From NCBI RefSeq assembly GCF_000621645.1, contig NZ_JHXR01000003.1, positions 210,001-242,000 of the forward strand: a DNA stretch of 32,000 nucleotides, written 5' to 3'. The notes under the pieces are model-generated. The model saw nothing but the letters and a program-made list of their open reading frames with translations. It had not been told where the DNA came from and ran no database searches. The position numbers were made by a program, and so were the translations under genes. This stretch comes from Vibrio cholerae ATCC 14035. Its GTDB lineage: Bacteria > Pseudomonadota > Gammaproteobacteria > Enterobacterales > Vibrionaceae. Positions 26,797 through 32,000 of this stretch are shown here, piece after piece. The stretch's first letter is position 1; each line of letters begins with the position of its first letter.

Positions 26797-28152
26797 ATGG
26801 CACAATCAAATTCTCGTGAGACATTCAGCTCTCGCCTCGGTTTTATTCTTGCGGCTGCTGGAGCTGCAGTCGGTTTAGGTAATATTTGGGGGTTTCCTAC
26901 TCAAGCGGCCAGCAATGGTGGCGGCGCATTTTTGTTGGTCTACCTTATTTTGATCTTTGTGGTCGCCTTCCCGATGTTGGTCGTGGAAATGGCGATTGGC
27001 CGCTATGGTCAAGCTAACCCTGTCGATAGTATGCGTTCACTCACCTCTCAACCTGCTGCGAAAAAAGTCGGTGGATTCGTTGGTTGGGTTGGCCTTAGTG
27101 TACCCAGTGCCGTCTTGGCCTTTTACAGCATTGTGGGTGGCTGGATTATCTGTTTTTTACTGGGAGCCATGACCGATCTGTTTGGTTTCACCGCGGCAAG
27201 TGCGTGGCTGAAAGGATTCAGTGTCGAACGTAATCTTTTTGGTACGCTGATTTTTTATGTGTTAACGATCTTGATTGTGCAGGGTGGCGTGAAGCAGGGG
27301 ATTGAGCGCTGGTCAACCCGACTCATGCCTGCTCTATTTGTGCTGTTTGCCGTGCTGTTTATCTACATCATGACTCAGCAAGGGGCTTGGGAAGGATTGA
27401 AGCATTATCTGATCCCTGATTTTGAAAAAGTGTGGGATCGTAAATTGATCTTGGCGGCAATGGGACAGGGATTCTTCTCATTAACCATTGGGGGTTGTTC
27501 GATGCTGATTTACGGCTCTTATCTGAGTAAGAAAGAGAACTTGCCGAAAATGGCGATGAGCGTGACCTTGGTGGATACAGCGGTGGCTTTTATTGCTGGT
27601 TTGGTGGTGTTGCCAGCAATGTTTGTGGCAATGAATAAAGGCGTGCAGATTTATGCGCAAGATGGCTCTTTGCTGAGCTCTGATACCTTAGTCTTTACCG
27701 TATTACCTTTGATGTTTGATAGCTTGGGCTTACTGGGACAGATTTTCGCCATGGTGTTTTTCCTTCTGCTCACCATCGCTGCGCTCACTTCTTCTATCTC
27801 TATGCTTGAATGTCCGGTTGCACTGGTGGGTGAGCGTTTCAATACTCGCCGTACGCCAACCAGCTGGGTGTTGGGCGGTTTGATTGCCCTGTTCAGTGTG
27901 GTGATTGTCTATAACTTTGGTGCCCTGTTTGGTTTGGTTGCCACTCTAGCGACGCAATATTTGCAGCCTACTGCCGCCTTAATGTTCTGTCTCTTTGGTG
28001 GTTGGGTATGGCAGCGTGATGCCAAAATGAAAGAGCTGCAAGCCGGATTTCCGGAACTGCAACAAAGCTTATTTGGCAAAATCTGGCCTTGGTATGTGAA
28101 ATTTGTCTGCCCGGTTTTAGTGGCGACAGTGATTTGGGCTTCGTTTGGCTAA
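26797..28152 (+). CDS. neurotransmitter:sodium symporter (NSS/SNF) family transporter; substrate possibly tryptophan
   Basis: The 451-aa product has about 11-12 TM helices. The NSS signature is GLGNIWGFPTQAASNGGGAFLLVY. The substrate guess rests only on the TrpR-like operator upstream. Confidence 0.88.
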   Translation: MAQSNSRETFSSRLGFILAAAGAAVGLGNIWGFPTQAASNGGGAFLLVYLILIFVVAFPMLVVEMAIGRYGQANPVDSMRSLTSQPAAKKVGGFVGWVGLSVPSAVLAFYSIVGGWIICFLLGAMTDLFGFTAASAWLKGFSVERNLFGTLIFYVLTILIVQGGVKQGIERWSTRLMPALFVLFAVLFIYIMTQQGAWEGLKHYLIPDFEKVWDRKLILAAMGQGFFSLTIGGCSMLIYGSYLSKKENLPKMAMSVTLVDTAVAFIAGLVVLPAMFVAMNKGVQIYAQDGSLLSSDTLVFTVLPLMFDSLGLLGQIFAMVFFLLLTIAALTSSISMLECPVALVGERFNTRRTPTSWVLGGLIALFSVVIVYNFGALFGLVATLATQYLQPTAALMFCLFGGWVWQRDAKMKELQAGFPELQQSLFGKIWPWYVKFVCPVLVATVIWASFG

Positions 28153-28172
28153 ATAAAGCGCGGCTGGCGTAA

Positions 28173-28201
28173 GAAAAAGCCCTCATGATGAGGGCTTTTT
28201 C
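28173..28201. terminator. bidirectional intrinsic terminator between the NSS gene and the rimK operon
   Basis: A stem pairs AGCCCTC (28178-28184) with GAGGGCT (28190-28196) around the loop ATGAT. An A5 run and a T5 run flank it. Confidence 0.85.
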
Positions 28202-28220
28202 TATTGAGCAGATGCGGTAT

Positions 28221-29309
28221 TTAGAGAGTGACAAGATGTCCTGTGGTTAAGGGCTCCAAATCGGCTTCCGTTAACTCTTCGATAAACTCTTCGACCACTT
28301 GTTCGATAAGGTCATCAGCTTTATGAAAATAGGCGAGATGGAACACCGCATCCCCTTCATTGACTAAGGGGAGCGTTTGTTGCCCAATCACGATGCCGCT
28401 CTTGTTGGCTCGAATCTCCACTTCTAGCTTGCCAAGTGGGGAGTTGATGTAAGCTAACACCTGGCCTTTTTCGACCTTATCTCCTAAAGACACCAATGTA
28501 CGTAAAATACCGTCGGCTTCGGCACGTAGCCAACTGGTTGATTTTGCAATGATCGAGTTAGGTATCTTTTTACGGCTAGGGCGCAGCATGCCGATGGACT
28601 GCATCACTCGCTTGATACCGATGATCCCAGCATTGATCGCAATCGGATCAAAACGCAGAGCTTCCCCCGCTTCATAAGTTAAGACGGGGATCTGCTGCTT
28701 TTCCGCTTCACTACGCAGTGAGCCATCGCGTAAAGGTGAATCAATGATCACTGGAGTAGCAAAGGCTTGTGCAATGCGCAGGGTTTCGCTGTTGCTCAGA
28801 TCGGCACGAATTTGCGGTAGGTTGGTTCGGTGAATCGCTCCGGTATGCAGATCGAGGATGTAATCACAACGCTCGGCGACTTGGGAAAAAAAGGTGTGCG
28901 CCATACGTGAGGCTAGAGAGCCTTTTTCACTGCCGGGAAAGCAGCGATTTAAATCACGACGATCGGGTAAGTAGCGTGATTTGTGAATAAAACCGAAAAC
29001 ATTGACGATAGGCACCGCAATCACTGTGCCTTTGAGTTTTTTTTCATCAAGTGTATTGAGCAGTTGGCGGATGATTTCTACGCCATTGAGTTCATCACCA
29101 TGAATGGCGGCATTGATCATCAAAACGGGGCCGGGAGATGCGCCATGGAGAACTTCGATGGGGATAGAAAGAGGGGAGTCGGTATACAGTTTGGCGGCTT
29201 CGAGTTCGATAACTCGCCGAGAAGAGGGGGGAATGGTTTCCCCCAAAAATGAAAAGTCGCCGTGCTTTTTAGCCTTTGCCACGAGTTTTAGTCCTTTTAC
29301 TGGCTGCAT
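28221..29309 (-). CDS. succinylglutamate desuccinylase/aspartoacylase (AstE/AspA, M14-like zinc deacylase) family protein
   Basis: Zinc-ligand motifs are present: IHGDELNG (H-x-x-E) and LDLHTG. A C-terminal beta-hybrid segment is also present ([13 protein letters not shown]). The ATG at 29309 overlaps rimK by 41 nt. The in-frame GTG at 29282 is an alternative start with a 14-nt overlap. Confidence 0.8.
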   Translation of the reverse strand: MQPVKGLKLVAKAKKHGDFSFLGETIPPSSRRVIELEAAKLYTDSPLSIPIEVLHGASPGPVLMINAAIHGDELNGVEIIRQLLNTLDEKKLKGTVIAVPIVNVFGFIHKSRYLPDRRDLNRCFPGSEKGSLASRMAHTFFSQVAERCDYILDLHTGAIHRTNLPQIRADLSNSETLRIAQAFATPVIIDSPLRDGSLRSEAEKQQIPVLTYEAGEALRFDPIAINAGIIGIKRVMQSIGMLRPSRKKIPNSIIAKSTSWLRAEADGILRTLVSLGDKVEKGQVLAYINSPLGKLEVEIRANKSGIVIGQQTLPLVNEGDAVFHLAYFHKADDLIEQVVEEFIEELTEADLEPLTTGHLVTL

Positions 29310-30174
29310 TTTTCTCTATGAATTCGACGATCATACCCGCAATGTCTTTCCCCGTCGCGGCTTCAATGCCTTCTAAACCCGGTGAGGAGTTCACTTCCAT
29401 CACCAGTGGGCCGCGGGCAGAACGCAGCAGATCTACACCCGCTACATTCAATCCCATAATTTTGGCCGCTTCAATCGCCGTTTTACGCTCTTGAGGGGTG
29501 ATTTTGACCAATGATGCCGTACCACCACGATGCAGGTTCGAGCGAAACTCACCATCTGCGCCTTGGCGCTTCATCGCTGCAATCACTTTATCACCAATCA
29601 CAAAGCAGCGAATATCCGCACCGCCTGCTTCTTTGATGTACTCTTGCACCATGATATTGGCTTTGAGTCCCATGAACGCTTCAATAACACTTTCCGCCGC
29701 AGTACGGGTTTCTGCCAATACCACGCCGATGCCTTGTGTGCCTTCTAATAGCTTAATCACTACTGGCGCGCCGCCGACCATATCGAGCAAGTCTTTGACA
29801 TCATCAGGCTTACTCGCAAAACCGGTGATGGGCATGCCAATGCCGCGACGAGAGAGCAACTGCATGGAGCGCAGCTTGTCACGAGAGCGAGTAATCGCAA
29901 CGGATTCATTGGCTGGGTAAACGCCCATCATTTCAAACTGGCGCAGTACAGCGGTACCGTAGAAAGTGACAGAAGCACCGATACGAGGAATCACAGCATC
30001 AAAACCGGCTAGCTCTTCGCCTTTGTAATGAATCTCTGGTTTGTCAGAGTTGATATTCATGTAGCAGCGCAAGGCATCAATCACTCGAACTTCATGGCCA
30101 CGCTGTTTGCACGCTTCTATCAAACGCTTGGTCGAATACAGCGAAGCGTTACGCGACAGAATACCAATTTTCAT
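29269..30174 (-). CDS. rimK: ribosomal protein S6--L-glutamate ligase (ATP-grasp)
   Basis: The 301-aa product begins MKIGILSRN, has the ATP-grasp motif [14 protein letters not shown] and also carries [10 protein letters not shown]. It is colinear with E. coli RimK. Confidence 0.92.
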   Translation of the reverse strand: MKIGILSRNASLYSTKRLIEACKQRGHEVRVIDALRCYMNINSDKPEIHYKGEELAGFDAVIPRIGASVTFYGTAVLRQFEMMGVYPANESVAITRSRDKLRSMQLLSRRGIGMPITGFASKPDDVKDLLDMVGGAPVVIKLLEGTQGIGVVLAETRTAAESVIEAFMGLKANIMVQEYIKEAGGADIRCFVIGDKVIAAMKRQGADGEFRSNLHRGGTASLVKITPQERKTAIEAAKIMGLNVAGVDLLRSARGPLVMEVNSSPGLEGIEAATGKDIAGMIVEFIEKNAASKRTKTRGKG

Positions 30175-30614
30175 TTACTCGGCTCCTCGAAAGGGATTAA
30201 AAACGATTTTGTAGGATCGACCATGATTCGATGGTGCATGGCGGTACGTCCTAACAACATACGAAAAGCCATATTTTCTCGATTGGTCAAGGTGATCTCA
30301 ATTGGCCAAATTTGGCCACCAAAGCTAAGTTCCGATCGAATGACGTAGCGCTTTTCTTCGTGGCCACCGGAATCGCGAACCACACGTTCGTCAATCACTT
30401 CGGCTTCACACACATTCACTAGCTGATCATTCTTTTGCATCGGGTGGATCCAAAAACGAACCCATTGAGCTCCTTCCTTAGTGAAGCTCTCCACTTTGAA
30501 CGCGTGCAAGCAAGACGTTCGGGCTCCGGTATCGATTTTCGCTTTAATACGTTCAATACCTAACCCTGGAAGGCTGAGTTCCTCACGCCATCCGACAATC
30601 ATTTTTTCTTTCAT
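30171..30614 (-). CDS. retropepsin-like aspartic protease (COG4067 / 'ATP-dependent zinc protease' family; RimB-like)
   Basis: The 147-aa product carries the aspartic-protease signature D-T-G-A in [10 protein letters not shown]. Its stop overlaps the rimK ATG as ATGA (30171-30174). Confidence 0.75.
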   Translation of the reverse strand: MKEKMIVGWREELSLPGLGIERIKAKIDTGARTSCLHAFKVESFTKEGAQWVRFWIHPMQKNDQLVNVCEAEVIDERVVRDSGGHEEKRYVIRSELSFGGQIWPIEITLTNRENMAFRMLLGRTAMHHRIMVDPTKSFLIPFEEPSK

Positions 30615-30811
30615 CGCAATTTCATTAGTTTGAGAATTTCAGATACCGCTAAGGACAAGCAGCACCCTCGAAACAACTCGCATTTGGCCAGTTGTCGCTT
30701 GAAGAGAGTTTGGTGAATAACTCTGGGAACTTCAAGGGGGCGAACTCTAGCAGCCAACCTCAAACTCAAGCTAATGAATTAAATTTGCCTTTTCGACAAA
30801 AAAAATTGATA

Positions 30812-30841
30812 TAAAAAAGCCGAGTTATGCACTCGGCTTCT
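30812..30841 (-). terminator. intrinsic terminator after pepD
   Basis: A stem pairs AGCCGAGT (30818-30825) with ACTCGGCT (30831-30838) around the loop TATGC. On the minus strand TTTTTT follows, 7 nt after the pepD stop region. Confidence 0.85.
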
Positions 30842-30847
30842 TAGCGG

Positions 30848-32000
30848 TTAGGCTTTCACTGGGATATTGGCGAGTAGTGCCACCATCTGTTGCCAGAACA
30901 GATCAACCGTGTCTATCTTCACTTTTTCATCCGGTGAATGTGGGAACTTGATGGTTGGACCGAAAGAGACCATATCCATGTTTGGATAGGGTTTTTTGAA
31001 CAGCCCACACTCAAGACCCGCGTGGATCACCATGATATTCGGTTTGTGGCCATAAATGCCTTCATACATATCACGGAAAATATGCATGATTTCAGAATCA
31101 GCATCGGGTTTCCAGCCAGGGTAAGCACCAGAAAGGTCCAGCTCTGCCCCCGCAAGTTGTGCCAGCGATTGCAACATGCCCTCGACTTGGTGGCGGCCTG
31201 AGTCCATTAGGGAGCGAATCAAGCACAGCACTTTGATTTTGTTGGCTTCTGTGGTGATCACTCCCACGTTGAGTGAGGTTTCTACAACACCTGCAATATC
31301 ATCGCTCATGCGGATCACACCGTTTGGACACGTGTTCAGAGCGGCAACAAAACGTTGTTGAGTGTGCGCGGTCAGCACTTCACTTTGCAGTTCTTTGGCT
31401 TCAAGGAAAGTTACCAAGTGAGTTTCAACCTTACCCAGTTCAGCTTTGAGTAGCTCAGTGTAGCGGTGGAATAAGGTTTCTAATTCGGCTACGTGCTGTT
31501 CTGGCAAGGCGACGGTGACAAAAGCTTCACGCGGGATCGCATTACGTAGACTACCGCCACGGAATTCGACTAAGCGCAGATCTAATTCTTTCGCATGGCC
31601 TGCGAGAAAGCGCGCCATCAGCTTGTTAGCGTTACCACGGCCAGTGTGAATATCACAACCTGAGTGACCGCCTTTCAAACCCTTTAAGATCAGTTGGCGG
31701 CCAACATAACCAGCAGGGATCGCTTCACGCTCAATGGAGAAAGTGAACTCGGCGTTCACGCCTCCCGCGCAGCCCATATAGACTTCACCTTCTTGCTCAG
31801 AGTCGGTATTGAGCAGAATGTCGCCCTCCAGCCAACCTTCTTTGAGGCCAAAAGCGCCGGTCATGCCTGCTTCTTCATCAATAGTCAGCAGAACTTCAAT
31901 TGGACCATGTTGGATCTCTTTAGAAGCCAGTACTGCTAGGCAAGAAGCCATGCCGATACCATTATCCGCGCCAAGCGTAGTGCCTTTAGCAGTAACCCAT
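30848..32000 (-). CDS. pepD: cytosol non-specific dipeptidase / Xaa-His dipeptidase PepD (M20 family), 5'-truncated by the window edge
   Basis: The frame remains open to position 32000 (WVTAKGTTLGADNGIGMASCLAVL...). PepD motifs are present (TIDEEAGMTGA, HSPDE). The stop codon is at 30848-30850. Confidence 0.9.
   Translation of the reverse strand, partial: WVTAKGTTLGADNGIGMASCLAVLASKEIQHGPIEVLLTIDEEAGMTGAFGLKEGWLEGDILLNTDSEQEGEVYMGCAGGVNAEFTFSIEREAIPAGYVGRQLILKGLKGGHSGCDIHTGRGNANKLMARFLAGHAKELDLRLVEFRGGSLRNAIPREAFVTVALPEQHVAELETLFHRYTELLKAELGKVETHLVTFLEAKELQSEVLTAHTQQRFVAALNTCPNGVIRMSDDIAGVVETSLNVGVITTEANKIKVLCLIRSLMDSGRHQVEGMLQSLAQLAGAELDLSGAYPGWKPDADSEIMHIFRDMYEGIYGHKPNIMVIHAGLECGLFKKPYPNMDMVSFGPTIKFPHSPDEKVKIDTVDLFWQQMVALLANIPVKA

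Noticed and set aside
30615-30811. The 197-nt region upstream of the protease-rimK operon, examined for Csr-type sRNA features or repeats.
   Set aside because: It has few GGA motifs and only a 5-bp hairpin (CAACT/AGTTG). I read it as an ordinary promoter region.
1-32000. A window-wide look for CRISPR arrays, integrase or transposase genes, toxin-antitoxin pairs, restriction or defence genes, prophage remnants, long repeats or compositional islands.
   Set aside because: None was found. Every ORF above about 130 aa has a housekeeping family assignment and conserved enterobacterial or Vibrio synteny, so I do not claim a novel system here.

Overview
This window reads as an ordinary core-chromosome segment of a Vibrio. 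From memory, protein sequences and gene order match Vibrio cholerae chromosome 1 around the nqr locus (roughly VC2316 down to VC2279); I could not run a search to confirm this. Gene order, with minus-strand genes marked (-): argA(-), a small membrane-anchored hypothetical, mltA, tcdA-csdE, csdA-yajL-panE(-), ompK(-), a Lon-N-domain gene, an ECF sigma factor with its ChrR anti-sigma factor, ampG-ppiA-yajG-rlmG(-), bolA, nqrABCDEF, apbE, nqrM, dinB, a DUF2884-like gene, a GGDEF diguanylate cyclase, an NSS-family Na+ symporter, an AstE/AspA-like deacylase with rimK and a retropepsin-like protease(-), and the 3' part of pepD(-). About 90% of the window is coding. Several gene pairs overlap in the ATGA manner, and most transcription units end in clear intrinsic terminators. 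I see no rRNA, tRNA, CRISPR array, transposase, integrase, phage gene or defence-island signature, and no compositional break. I do not find a convincing new multi-gene system. The points most worth a second look are regulatory or architectural. (1) An identical TGATC-N17-CGTATA promoter-like motif lies upstream of both the Lon-N-domain gene and the sigma/chrR pair. (2) A near-consensus TrpR operator sits in front of the NSS transporter. (3) The protease, rimK and M14-like deacylase genes form a tightly overlapped operon that could be a writer/eraser set for glutamate tails. (4) A structured 484-nt region lies upstream of nqrA. Several unexplained intergenic repeats and palindromes are also reported. 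All family assignments come from recognising the translated sequences and their motifs, not from database searches.
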